Assembly: GCF_902713615.1 (NCBI RefSeq) | Contig: NC_052157.1 | Coordinates: 149,397,171-149,461,170, forward strand | Reading direction: 5' to 3' | Length of the DNA stretch: 64,000 bases | Source of the DNA: Scyliorhinus canicula | Taxonomy: Eukaryota | In this document: piece by piece, positions 24,224-37,082 of the stretch | How the letters are laid out: each line of letters begins with the position of its first letter | How positions within the stretch are numbered: position 1 is the stretch's first letter | Translations under genes and position numbers: made by a program | The notes under the pieces: generated by a model | Seen by the model: only the letters and a program-made list of their open reading frames with translations | Database searches by the model: none | Told to the model about the DNA's origin: nothing

Positions 24224-27200
24224 ACATAGAAGATAGGAGCAGGAGGAGGCCTTTTGGCCCTTCGAGCCTGCTCCGCTGTTTATCCCCATCATGGCTGATC
24301 ATCCAACTCAGTAGCCTAATCCTGCTTTATCCCCAAAACCTTTGATCCCATTTGCCCCAAGTGCTAGATCTAGCCACCTCTTGAATATATTCAATGTTTT
24401 AGCATTAACTACTTCCTGTGGTAATGAATTCCACAGGCTCACCACTCTTTGGGTGAAGAACTGTCTCCTCATTTCTGTCCGAAATGGTTTACCCTGAATC
24501 CTCAGACTGTGGCCCATGGTTCTGGACACACCCACCATCTGGACCATCTTCCCTGCATGTCTAGTCCTGTTAGAATTTTATAAGTCTCTATGAGATCCTC
24601 CCCCTCATTCTTCTGAACTCCAGTGATAACGATCCTAACCTAGTGTGGTGAATCACAATCCGTGTTATTCACACTTATTATATATGATGTACTGTTTCTG
24701 TGTAAACTCGGTATACGAGCAGTTGCGCGGCTCTGCCCCTAGGGGGAGATGAGGAGTTTCTACTGGGCTCCACCCTTGGCTCCGCCCATGGCTCCTCCCA
24801 CTAACCGGAAGTATAAAGCCTGGCAGTCTGAGCCTGCCTGCCAGTTCATCTCGTCGCAGGCAGAATCCGTTGTAAGATCATTAAAACCATTGTTCACTTC
24901 CAACTACGTGTCGTGTGAATTGATGGTCACATCAATTTAATGATCTTAGGAAACAAGAAGAAATCGATAAGAAATCGAAGAAACAACTCAAGAAACAACT
25001 ATGGAATCAGCCCTCAAACCTGACCGACTAGAACTCGACCCGCAGGCTGCAGAGGCAAGAGAAATCTTCCAGCACTGGCTCAGATGTTTTAAGGCCTACC
25101 TGGCTGAATCAAGTACTCCAGAAACTACAGAGGAGCAGAAACTCAGTCTACTGCACGCAAGGGTGAGCCACCGTATATCTTCTCAACTAAATAGTACCAA
25201 CTCGTATACGGGGGCCCTAGCCATGCTAGATCGAATGTACGTGAGGCCCATCAAAGAGGTCTACGCGCGCCATATTTTTACGACCCGCTGCCAGCGCCCC
25301 GCGGAGTCGTTAGAAGAATTCCTGTGGGAGTTAAAGATTTTAGCTCGGGACTGTAATTATCAGGCTGTATCAGCCAAACAGCACATAGAACTTGCCTTTA
25401 GGGATGTGTACGTGGCAGGTCTCAGATCGAATTATGTGCGCCAGCGGTTGTTAGAAAAAGGGGCCCAGAACTTAAGAGGACATAGTAGAACTAGCTACCA
25501 CTATGGAGGTCTCATTCCGCAGCCTCACCTCGTTCCCCGCAGACCAAGCGACCCCATCTTGGACCCCCGGCCAGCGACTGCCCCAGGCCTGCGCCACGCG
25601 GCCACCCAGCCATCACGCAGCCCCAGTGCGCCACTTTTGCGGGCAGCCCCAGCACCCACGGCAGTACTACCTGGCCCGTAACGCGACCTGCAGCAACTGC
25701 GGTCGCAAGGGACACTACGCCCGTGTCTGCCTGCCGAAACAGGCCTCCTCTTCTAACTCCCCCGCAGCCCAGAGCACCCGTTTCCAGAATCCGCAGGCCC
25801 CGAAATGCTGCGGCCTGTACTCCGACTCCGCCCCCAAATGACACGTGCGACTCATGGGGGCCGCCATCTTGGCAACCCCCCTCCACGCGGCCGGTCACGT
25901 GCGACTCATGGGGGCCGCCATCTTGGGTGCCATCTTCCTCGCCGCCCACCACGTGCGATCCACGGGGGCGGCCATCTTCTTCCAAATTCGACTAGAAGAT
26001 TACAAACTCCAAGGGCAGTCATCACGGGGCCACTCCAGCACAGCTGATCGAGCCGCCAACTACCCGCAACTCAGCGCAGTGACACTGGACCAGTCGCATC
26101 CAAAGCACCTCCGCAACTCCATGATGACCGTTGAAATCAACGGATACAGGACGCCGAGACCTTCGTACACCCAGAACTGGTAAGACGCTGTTCACTCCCT
26201 ATTTTCCATGCACGGCAAACAATCTCCCTCGCTTCGGGCTCCCACCCTGTTCACCTCCAAGGGCGCACCGTCACGACCCTAACGATCCAGGGCACTAGCT
26301 ACTCAAACTTCCAGCTGTACGTGCTCCCTGAACTCTGCGCCCCACTCCTACTGGGACTCGATTTCCAGTGCAACCTCAAAAGCCTCACCCTCAGCTTGGG
26401 CGGGCACTTGCCCCCACTCACTATTCGCAGCCTCGCCACCCTAAAAATCGACCCCCCCTCCACTCTTTGCCAATCTAACGCCGGACTGCAAACCCGTATC
26501 CACTCGCAGCAGGCGATACAGCCTGCAGGACAGGGTATTTATCAGAACCGAGGTCTATAGGCTCCTACGTGAGGGGATCATAGAGGCCAGTAACAGTCCC
26601 TGGAGAGCTCAGGTGGTGGTCGTCAAGACCGGGGAAAAATTCCGAATGGTAGTGGACTATAGCCAGACCATTAATCGGTTCACGCTCCTTGATGCGTATC
26701 CCCTCCCCAGAATTGCAGACATGGTGAATCAGATTGCCCACTATAAAGTCTTTTCCACGGTGGATCTGAAGTCTGCATACCATCAGCTCCCAATCCGCCC
26801 GGAGGACCGCCACTTCACGGCGTTTGAGGCTGACGGCCGCCTCTTCCACTTCCTCCGGGTTCCCTTTGGCGTCACTAATGGGGTCTCGGTGTTCCAACGA
26901 GCAATGGACCGAATGGTGGACTAGTACGGGCTGCGGGCCACGTTTCCGTACCTGGATAACGTCACCATCTGCGGCCACGATCAGCAGGACCACGACGCTA
27001 ACCTCGATCGATTTCTCCAGACTGCCCAGAAACTTAACCTCACGTATAACACGGAGAAATGCGTTTTCCGCACGACCAGGCTAGCCATCCTCGGCTATGT
27101 CATGGAGAACGGAGTCCTGCACCCCCTCTTAGAACTCCCTCTCCCTCATTGTCCCAGGGCCCTCAAAAGGTGCCTGGGATTCTTCTCGTATTATGCCCAG

Positions 27201-29650
27201 TGGGTCCCTCAATATGCGGACAAAGCCCGCCCACTATTTAAGGCTACACTCTTCCCTCTATCAGATGAGGCTCGTCAGGCCTTCACTCGTATCAAGGAGG
27301 ACATCGCCAAAGCGGCCATGTGGGCGGTGGATGAATCCGTCCCTTTCCAGGTAGAGAGCGATGCCTCAGAGGTAGCTCTTGCAGCCACACTAAACCAGGC
27401 AGGGAGACCAGTCGCCTTTTTCTCCCGAACGCTCTCCGCTTCGGAACTTTGACACTCCTCAGTCGAAAAGAAAGCACAAGCCATTGTGAAAGCGATACGT
27501 CACTGGAGGCACTACCTCGCAGGTAAGAGGTTCACCCTCATCACCGACCAAAGATCGGTTGCCTTTATGTTCGACAACTCTCAAAGGGGCAAGATCAAAA
27601 ATGATAAGATCTTACGGTGGAGGATCGAACTCTCCACCTACAAGTACGATATTATGTACCGACCGGGGAAGCTCAACGAGCCCCCAGATGCCCTGTCCCG
27701 CGGCACGTGCGCCAGCACGCAAGACGACCGCCTGAAAGCTATTCACGATGACTTCTGCCACCCGGGGGTCACCCGGCTCGCCCACTACGTCAAAGCCCGA
27801 AATCTGCCTTTCTCCACAGAGGAAGTGAAAGCCATCACCAGGGACTGCCCGATCTGTGCGGAGTGCAAACCGCACTTCTATAGACCAGACAGGGCCATCT
27901 GGTCAAGGCTTCTCGGTCCTTTGAACACCTCGCTATCGATTTCAAAGGGCCACTCCCCTCGACCAATAGGAATGTGTACTTCCTGAACATCATCGACGAG
28001 TTCTCTCCTTTTCCCTTTGCTATCCCGTGCCCCGATATGACCTCCCACACAGTCATTAGGGCCCTGCATAGTATCTTCACCCTGTTTGGTTTCCCCAGCT
28101 ACGTACACAGCAACAGGGGTTCGTCCTTTATGAGCGACGAGCTGCGTCAGTACCTGCTCGAAAAGGGCATTACCTCGAGCAGGACTACCAGCTACAACCC
28201 CAGGGGGAACGGGCAGGTGGAGAGGGAGAACGTGACGGTCTGGAAGACCGTCCTACTGACCCTCCGGTCCAGGAAGCTCCCGACCTCCCATTGGCAGGAA
28301 GTCCTCCCCGACGCGCTCCATGCTATTAGGTCCCTCCTATGTACTGCCACCAACCAGATCCCTCACGAGCGGCTATTTGTTTTTTCCAGGGGCACTACCA
28401 CGGGGGTTTCGCTCCCAGCATGGTTAAAGACACCGGGCCCGGTTCTCCTCCGGAAGCACTTCCGGACTCAGACTGACCCACTCGTAGAGAGAGTGCCCCT
28501 GCTCCATTCAAACCCACACTACGCATTTATAGAGTACCCTGACGGCCGTCAGGACACTGTTTCCCTCCGGGACCTGGCTCCTGCAGGATCCAACTCCGAC
28601 ACCACCACCGCCGAGGTACCCCTCTCAACCCCCGGCGCCCCCACGCCTGCAGTTCCGCTGCCCGTGCTCTGCGGCCCCGCGCCATTGGGTTTCCGGCGCT
28701 CCCTGTCACCAGTCGAACCAGTCGGACACGAAGCTCTGGCCGAATCACCCCCGGAGTCCGGCATGATTCCCTCGCCGACCGCCACCAGAAGAGGCTGCAA
28801 CCCCAGTGCTTTGTCGATCCCAGAGGACGACTCGGCCGCCAGATCGACTTAACCTGTAATTTATAACCTGTAAATTGTAACTTGTAATTCGCAATTGGGA
28901 ATTGGTAGACACATCACCCCCGCTGGACTCAATTTTTACAGGGGGTGAATCACAGTCCGTGTTATTCACACTTATATATGATGTACTGTGTCTGTGTAAG
29001 CTCGGTATACGAGCAGTTGCGCGGCTCTGTCCCTAGGGGGAGATGAGGAGTTTGTACTGGGCTCCGCCCTTGACTCCTCCCACTAACCGGAAGTATAAAG
29101 CCTGGCAGTCAGAACCTGCCTGCCAGTTCATCTCGTCGCAGGCAAGCTCCGTTGTAAGATCATTAAAACCACTTTTCACTTCCAACTACGTGTCGTGTGA
29201 ATTGATGGTCACATCACCTAGTCAATCTCTCCTCATATGACAGTCCCGCCATCACTGGCATCAATCTGGTAAACCTTCACTGCAATCCCTTGGGAGCAAG
29301 AACATCCTTCCTCAGAAGAGGAGACCAAAACTGCACACAATATTCTAGGTGTGGCCTCACCAAGGCCCTGTATAATTGCAACAACATATCCCTGCTCCTG
29401 TACTCGAACCTTCTCGCAATGAAGGCCAACATACCATTAGCCTTCTTTACACCTGTTGCACCTGCATGCTTACCTTCAGTGACTAGTGCACGAGGACACC
29501 CAGGTCCCGCTGCACACTCCCCTCTCCCAATTTACAACCATTCAGGTAGTAATCTGCCTTCCTGTTTTTTGCTTCCAAAATGAATAACCTCATACTTATC
29601 CAAATTATACTAAATCTGCCATTTATTTGCCCAACCTGCCCAGATCATGC
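24224..29650 (-). mobile_element. CR1 3' fragment split by the Gypsy insertion (24224-24643 and 29222-29650)
   Basis: ORF2 C-terminal remnant GHSLRI.GKPFRTEMRRQFFTQRVV; the sequence is continuous across the CCTAG TSD. Confidence 0.85.
24644..29216 (+). mobile_element. Full-length Ty3/Gypsy LTR retrotransposon, decayed
   Basis: 5' LTR 24644-24934 (TG...CA), 3' LTR about 28944-29216, 5-bp TSD CCTAG. gag from 25001 with CSNCGRKGHYARVC knuckle; RT (DLKSAYHQ, PFG, YLDN); RNase H (SDAS, TDQ); integrase (HPG...C..C, GNGQVER); PPT AGGGGGTGAA. Stops, frameshifts and a deleted protease DSG motif. Confidence 0.96.
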
Positions 29651-29969
29651 TGTGGGTAGGTGGGGCATGTAAAGGAATGCTGAAGGCAGTATAAGGGTTG
29701 GGACAGCAGTGTTAGACTTTGATAATGCACGTGTCATGGAAGGTGGGGAGGTCAGATGTACTTTTAGACGATAACGAAAAAGGTTTGTCTTGTAGAAGCA
29801 AAAGTTGAATTCTCACTCTTTAAGTTTCTACCAGTGCCAATAAGGTATACTGAGCTCTGAAACCAAACATCTACCAGAACAGTTTGTGTATTGGCATGTT
29901 GTAGCTAGTTATATTGTGGTATGGTTATAATATGCAATTTTTAAAAACAATTTTTAATCTTTTCTTCAG

Positions 29970-30055
29970 AAATAGGCCAGTTCCAGAAAATTGTTGGTGG
30001 TTTAATTGAAATAGTCGATCAACTTGCCAAAGAAGCTGAGAATGAAAAGATGAAG
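29970..30055 (+). CDS. IFT20: IFT20 coding exon 2
   Basis: TTTTCTTCAG acceptor; (K)[28 protein letters not shown]; GTAATG donor. Confidence 0.97.
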
Positions 30056-31245
30056 GTAATGTTCCTCAGGATATAATACTGAAATTTAAATATATTGCAT
30101 TGCAGCAAAGAAGCGGCAGTGATATCTGCTTTTCACTATTAATTCAAACCGTTAATATGAAGCTTTGAACAGTCCGACAGCGGAAGTGATCACATAATGT
30201 GAACAGTTTCGGTCCTCTTACAAAAGGAAAGATATTCTGGTATTGGAGGCAGTACAGCGAAGGTTCACGAGGTTGATCCCAGATATGGAGGGATTTTCTT
30301 ATGAGGAGAGGTTGAGTAGATTGGACCTGTATATATTGGAGTTTAGAAGAATGAGATGTGACCTCATTGATACATATTCGACAGGATGGATGTGGAGAGG
30401 ATGTTTCATAGAAACAGAAAATAGGAGTAAGAGGAGGACATTTGATCTTTCAGTCCTGCTCTGCCATTCACCATGATCATGGCTGATCATCCAACTCAAT
30501 AGCCAGATCCTACCTTGTCGCTGCCCCATATGTTTTGATCCCCTTCGTCCCAAGTGATATATCTAACTGTTTCTTGAAAACATAGAGTCACAGAATCTCT
30601 ACAATGCAGAAGTAAGCCATTCGGCCCATTGAGTCTGCACTGACCCTTGGAAAGAGTACCCTACCTAGGCCCACGCCCCACCCTATCGTCGCAAATGAGT
30701 GATCCGATCTAAGCTTTTGGATACTAAGGGGCAATTTGGCATGGCCAATCGTCCTAACTTGCACATCTTTGGACTGTAGGAGGAAACCTATGCAGACGGG
30801 GGAGAGCTTGCAAACTCAACACAGACAGTCGATCTAAGGCCGGAACTGAACAAGGGTCACAGGTGCTGTGAGGCACCTGTGCTAGCCACTGTGCAACCGT
30901 GCTGCCCAATGTTTTGGCCTCAGCTACTTTATGTGGCAGGCAGCAAATTTCACGGGCTGACCACTCTCTGGGTGAAGGAATTCTGCCTCATCTCTGTATT
31001 AAACAATCTAGCCCGTATCCTCAGACTGTGACCCCTGGTTCTGGACACCCCACCATCAGGAACATCCTTCTTGTATCTAGTCCTGTTAGAATTTTATAGC
31101 TCGTCAGCTCTACCACTTGCATTCTCTAAGAATTCCAGTAGATTTGTTGAGCATGATTTCCCTTTCATAAATCCGTGCTGACTCTGTTCAATCCTGTCAC
31201 CGTTTTCCAAGTGCTCTGCTGTAGAATCTTTGATAATGGATTCTA

Positions 31246-31473
31246 CAGGGGAAAAGTTTACTCAGGATGGAAGCTGTTCATTGCTTTCTTTAAAGATCAG
31301 TTTGTGGCCAGCTATTAAGGTGGCGAGGGGGAGAGATTGGGGGGGACTTGGGGCTCTGGGGTTATAATAGTTAATTTGTATAAACAGAAAATTACAAACT
31401 GTAATAGACTTGAATATTTTTCATATGTTTGTGAAATTTTTTACATTGTTCGGAATAAAATATATTTAAAAAA
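31246..31473 (+). mobile_element. L1-type 3'-end insert within a CR1 remnant
   Basis: 13-bp TSD ATAATGGATTCTA (31233-31245, 31474-31486), G-rich 3' UTR, AATAAA, short A-tail. Confidence 0.78.
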
Positions 31474-33032
31474 ATAATGGATTCTAGAATGTAACCCCAC
31501 CATTTATGGAGGGAAGTAGAGAAATAACAGGGAATTATAGACCAGTCAGCCAAACGTTGGACGTGGGGAAAATTCTAGAATCCATTATTTTAAAAAATAT
31601 ATTTTATTCTAAACAATGTAAAAAAATTTCAACTTCTTCCTTGGATCTAATACTATCTCTAATTTCCCTTGTAAGCCATGGTGTGGCCATCTTTCCCATT
31701 TCAACAACATTACGGTGGTTAGCACTGCTGCCCCACAGCGCCAGGGATCTGGATACAATTCCGGTCTTGGGTCCGTGTGGAGTCTGCACGTTGTCCCCGT
31801 GTCTGTGTGGGTTTCCTCCAGGTGTTCTGGTTTCCTCCCACAGTCCAAAAATGTAGAAATTAGGTGGAATGTACATGCTAAATTACCTCTACATCCACAG
31901 TTGTGCAGGTTGGGTGAGCTTATAGTGGGGGAGTGGGCCTAGGTAGTGTGCTCTTTCAGAGGGTTTGTGAAGACTTAGTGAGCTGAATGGTGTCCTTCTG
32001 CACTGTATAGATTCTATGGTAGTGAATCTGTGAAATTCTTTACTGCAGAGAGCTGTAGAGGCTAGTTCGTTAAGTATGTTCAAGGCTGAGATAGACAGAT
32101 ATTTAATCAGTAAGGGAATCGAGGGTTATGGGTTTGGGAATAATGCTGGAAAGTAGAGTTAAGGATTATATCAGATCAGCCATGATCTCATTGAATGGTG
32201 GTGCAGACTTGATGGGACAAGTGGTCTATTTCTGCTCCTATGTCTTATGGTAACTATATCCCTTTTAGGAGTGCACAAGCCTGTGCACTATGCATACGCT
32301 AAACAAAACACAATGGAACTGGGACCAGGTGGTGCTTTTGATTAATTGCACTAATTACAAGTCATAGTCATACAGTACAGAAGAGGCCCTCCTGTCCATT
32401 GAGCCTGCATAAAACAACATTAAATCCACACTAACCCTACTTCCCAGCACTTGGCCCATAGCCTTGAATGTTCTGACATTTCAAATGCTCATCTACGCAC
32501 CTTTTAAAGGTTATGAGATATCCTGCCTCACCTATTCCCCAAAACGTACATTCCAGACTCCCACTATCCTCTGGGTGAAATGCTTTTCCTCAAATCCCCT
32601 CTAAAACTCCTGTCCCTCACCTTAAAATTCATTCTGCCTACATTGTTTGTACCACTGTGTACCACGTTCTTTGACTTGTCATCCTCCCACTTTAGTACGT
32701 CCTGCAGCCATTCAGCGATATCACTGACCCAGGGAGACATCACATCACACTGGAGTCATGTCTGCAGCTGCAGAAACACCGGCCTGTTCCCATAATTAAT
32801 GAATCAATTACACTAATCACTGTCTGTGTGGAGTCTTCACATTCTCCCCGTGTCTGCGTGGGTTTCCTCCCACAAGCCCCGAAAGACGTGCTTGTTGGTT
32901 GAATTGGACATTCTGAATTCTCCCTCAGTGTACCCGAACAGGCGCCGGAATGTGGCGACTAGGGGCTTTTCACAGTAACTTCATTGCAGTATTAATGTAA
33001 GCCTACTTGTGACAATAAAGATTATTATTATT

Positions 33033-33400
33033 AATGCTCCTCCTTCTTCCCCTCCTGTATAGTCAAGCTGCTTGTGGAGCAGGAAGCTTGGCTGTGACTT
33101 GAGGAGCCGGCTTCCAAAATAGAAAACCAATTTGAGAGCGAGACCCCGAGGGACTCCTGCACTACCTGCCTATTTCTCCTGGACTGCCTGGCGGTCACCC
33201 TTCTTTCCTCCAGTCCCTTGAGCTGCGGAGTGACCACCTTTCTAAATGTGCTATCCACATAACCCTGCCTCGTGGATGCGCTAGTGTCTCTAGCTGGTGC
33301 TCGAGTTCTGAAACATGTGGTCATCCAGGATGGCGGTATGGCCCATGACATCCCACATGTGACAGGTCACACATTCCACTCCGCTGACCTCATCTGCCAT
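33033..33400 (-). mobile_element. CR1 ORF1 N-terminal remnant
   Basis: ECVTCHMWDV zinc-finger-like start; STFRKVVTPQ and VSLSNWFSILE resemble CR1 ORF1. Confidence 0.6.
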
Positions 33401-33709
33401 GTCTTAAATGCACATAATGTTACATGCTAACTTTTCAGATTATTTAGTCTTAAAAGATAATCCTCTTACCTTAACTTAGTCTCCTTGTCTCATTCTAATT
33501 TGTCCTATGGAAGTATCCTATGAAGATATAAAATTCCTCTAAATAATCTAATGGAATTGAGCAAAAAATATAAAGAATTTGTGCCACGTAGTGGGAAATA
33601 CGAATGCTCTCCATCATGGAGGAATCTAATGGAGTAAGAGAGAATAACTGGCTTGGTGGGTTATTAAATGTCTCATAGGGTCGTTAATTAATTATTTCAC
33701 CATTTGCAG

Positions 33710-33813
33710 GCCATAGGTGCTCGAAATCTTCTGAAATCTGTTGCTAAGCAAAGAGAAGCCCAACAGCAGCAGCTCCAAGCTTTAATAGCTGAAAAGAAAA
33801 TGCAGCTCGAAAG
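33710..33813 (+). CDS. IFT20: IFT20 coding exon 3
   Basis: TTTGCAG acceptor; [34 protein letters not shown](R); GT donor at 33814. Confidence 0.97.
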
Positions 33814-34529
33814 GTCTGTAAGAGTCTTATATCTCATAATACTAAAGGAGAATTGAGCAAGTGCTTTGGATTAATCCACTGTAATGGTACTGTTAAATGC
33901 AACCATTTTTCTGCTGGTAGATCATTTTGCTGTTGACTATCATTAATTCTTACTACTTTATATTTTGTAACATTATTGTTCAACTAAGGAGAATAAGGTT
34001 AAAATGTTCATTGTACCATAAGCCATGTGCAAACAATATTCGACTTGGCCTAAAAAGCTGCATCTGCATCAGGTACTCTTGTACTCTTGCAGGGCCAAAG
34101 ATAGCAAAAGATGTGCGGCTGGCCATAGTATTTTTTAAAATCAAAATCGCCTTCCTTTTAGAATTGCTAAACAATTCCGGGACTAGTGGGGTGGCCGTTC
34201 CTCGGTTTCTGGCCACCTGTCAAACAGATTGCAATGAAGTGCCAGCAGAAGTTGGGATGTGACTAATTTTCTTTTGCTGCCTTCAGTCTGAAAGGCTGTG
34301 AGGAGACAGCAAAGCTGAATGGCTTTTCTCAGCTTTTGTCTAATTTAGGACTAAATGTAACATTTTAGATTCAAATTCGAGTTTTTGCAACGAACAACAG
34401 AGGTGATAATAAATAGATCCCCAACAACTACTTGCAAATGACACAGTCCATTAACATGGTAAACCATTCCAAGGTGCTTCAGAGCAGAGTTGATAGATAA
34501 GAATTGCCACAGAGCTAAAGGAAACACAA

Positions 34530-35885
34530 GGGCATATGAGCAAGGATCAGCAGTAGGTCATTCAGCCTGTTGAGCCTGCTCAATCATTCATTATGCTCAT
34601 GGCTGGTCCTCTACTTCAATGCCATAATCCCACTTTCTCTCCTTACCCTTGATGCCATTAATATCTTTTTTTTAAATCTCTTTTTTGAACACATTGTGAT
34701 TTGGCCTCTACAGCCTCCTGTCATAGAGAATTCCTCAGGTTCACTACCCTTTGAGTGAAAAGAGTTTTCTTCCTCCTCAGTCCTAAATGATCTACCCTGT
34801 GTCCTGAGACTAGATTCCCCAGCCCGGGGAAAACATCCTCCCTGAATCTAGTCTCTCCAGCCATGTTAGAATTTTATGTGTTTCAATCAGATCTCCTCTC
34901 ATTCTTCTAAACTCTGAATACGGGCCCAGTTGAACCAATCTCTCTTTACAGGCAGTCCCGCCAACCCCGGTATCAGCTTCTGCTGCACTCCCTCTGTGAC
35001 AAGTATATCCTTTCTCCGGTAGAAAGACCAAAACTTCATGTAGTGTTCCAGGTGTAGTCTCACCAAAGCCCTGTGTAACTGCAGTGAGACATCCCTATTT
35101 CTGAACTCCAATCCTCTTGCAATGAAGGCCAACATACCAGTTGCCTTCCTAACTGCTTACTGCACCCGCCTCTCCACTTTCACTGACTGGTGTACAAGGA
35201 CACCTGGAAACCTTTGTACATCCACACTTCCTAATATAATACCATTTAAAGAAAACGCTTCCTTTCTGTTTTTCACGTCAAAGTGTAAAACTTCACATTC
35301 AGCCGTGTTGTTTGCATCTGCCCTGTGTTTGCCCACTCGCGCAACTTGTCAAAATCACCTTGAAGCCTCCTTGCATCCTCCTCATAACGCCGCCCAGTTT
35401 TGTGTTGTCAGTAAACTTGGAAATGTTACATTTGGTTCCCTTATCCAGGTCATTTAGCCCAAGCACTGATCCATGCAGTACCCCACTAGCCACTGCTCGA
35501 CACTCAAAGACCCATTGATTCCCACCCTCGGTGTCCTATTTGTCAACCAATTCTTGATTCGTGCCAATATATTACTCCCTATCCCATGCGCTTTAATTTT
35601 GCCCACTAGCCTTTTATGAGGGACCTTATCAAAAGCTTTCTGAAAGTCCAAATACACAGCACCTGGTTCTCCCTCTCTATATTCTAATACTTACACCCTT
35701 AAAAAACTCTTGTAGATTTGTTAGGTTTATAAACCTATACTGGCTTTATCCAATCCCGTTAATGCTTCCCAAATGTTCTGTTATCACGTTATTTATAATA
35801 GTCTCTAGAATCCCGTTAATGCTTCCCAAATGTTCTGTTATCACGTTATTTATAATAGTCTCTAGAATCTTTCCCACTACTGATG
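34530..35885 (-). mobile_element. Decayed CR1 RT and 3' region
   Basis: YLDFQKAFDKVPHKRL, KFTDNTKLGG and EFRRMRGDLIETHKIL remnants. Confidence 0.88.
35752..35869. repeat. Perfect 57-bp tandem duplication
   Basis: AATCCCGTTAATG...GTCTCTAG repeated at 35752 and 35809, with AATC microhomology. Confidence 0.92.
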
Positions 35886-37000
35886 GCAGGGCAGAGGTGG
35901 TCGCAGAGGTGGGTTTTAAGGAGCTGGAGATGTAAAGAGGTTTGACAGGGGAATACCAGTGTTTAGTACCAGAAAGCAGAAGGAAATGGTGACGTGAAGG
36001 AGATGGAGGTGCACTGCATGCCAGAGTTGCAGGCACTTGAAGTTCTTGGAGGTTGTCGGGGTGGAGGAGTTTACAGATAGGAGGGAGAGGTTTGAGAAAT
36101 TTGAACCTGAAGATGAGAATTAATTTCATTGTGGACAGAAAATGGTGGTAATGTACAAAGAGGTGTGTCTGGAATATAGAATATATGGAATATAGAGTTT
36201 AGTTGACCGGACTAAACTGTTTTAAGATCAATTTCAGTGTGCCACTTTGAGGCTGTGGTTTTAAAAATGAAACTATTGTTTCAGATTTTTTTGTGTGAAC
36301 CCACAGCTGTGTGTGTATACTTTTGCACAACTTTAAAGATGGCTCACCATCACTGTCTCCAGGGCAATTAAGGATGTACACTAAATTTTAGCCTTTCCAG
36401 CAATATTTATATGAATTTTTAAACAAGTTGCCCATTTTGTAAGGTAATTCTAAGACAGGTGGAACTGTTGTGTTTAGTCTGTTAGACTAGGTGCCAGGGC
36501 TGTGCAATAAACAAATGGTTAAAAAGTCATCAGCCTGAGAATAGTTCTTAAAAAGGACCTGAATGATACTCCAAGTACGCCAAGTGATTGTTAAGCTGGA
36601 CAAGAGCCAGGCACAGTAACCACCCTGCCCTTTTTAAAATCTATCTTGCCACAGTGGGAAAATCTCGGGCCAGCTGTGTTGCCACTTCATTTACAAACCG
36701 CCCTGTAAGCTCTTTGATTTGATGCACAATGTTTTCTCACTCAGACTTTCTCCATTCTTATTCTTCAAAGAAATAAACTCGTGTTTTGGTTTTAAAAAAG
36801 ACATTCTGATTTGAGTTTGTTACACTTAATTTTTGCCTCGATTATCACAGCCAATGATTTGCGCAGTCTTTCATTGCAAGGATCAACTTGCAGAAATGCG
36901 TAAAGAGTGCAACTTTTCTTTCAGAATAGAATAATAACAAATGTAGAATCACTAAATGCTAAAATGGGTGCAATGTGTAACATGATGGTTCTCTCTGTAG

Positions 37001-37082
37001 GTACCGGATAGAGTATGATGCACTGTCAAAAGTAGAAGCTGAACAAAATGAGTTCATTGATCAGTTCATTCTCCAGAAATGA
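37001..37082 (+). CDS. IFT20: IFT20 coding exon 4 (last)
   Basis: CTCTCTGTAG acceptor; [29 protein letters not shown]. Exons sum to 399 nt = 132 aa + stop. Confidence 0.97.
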
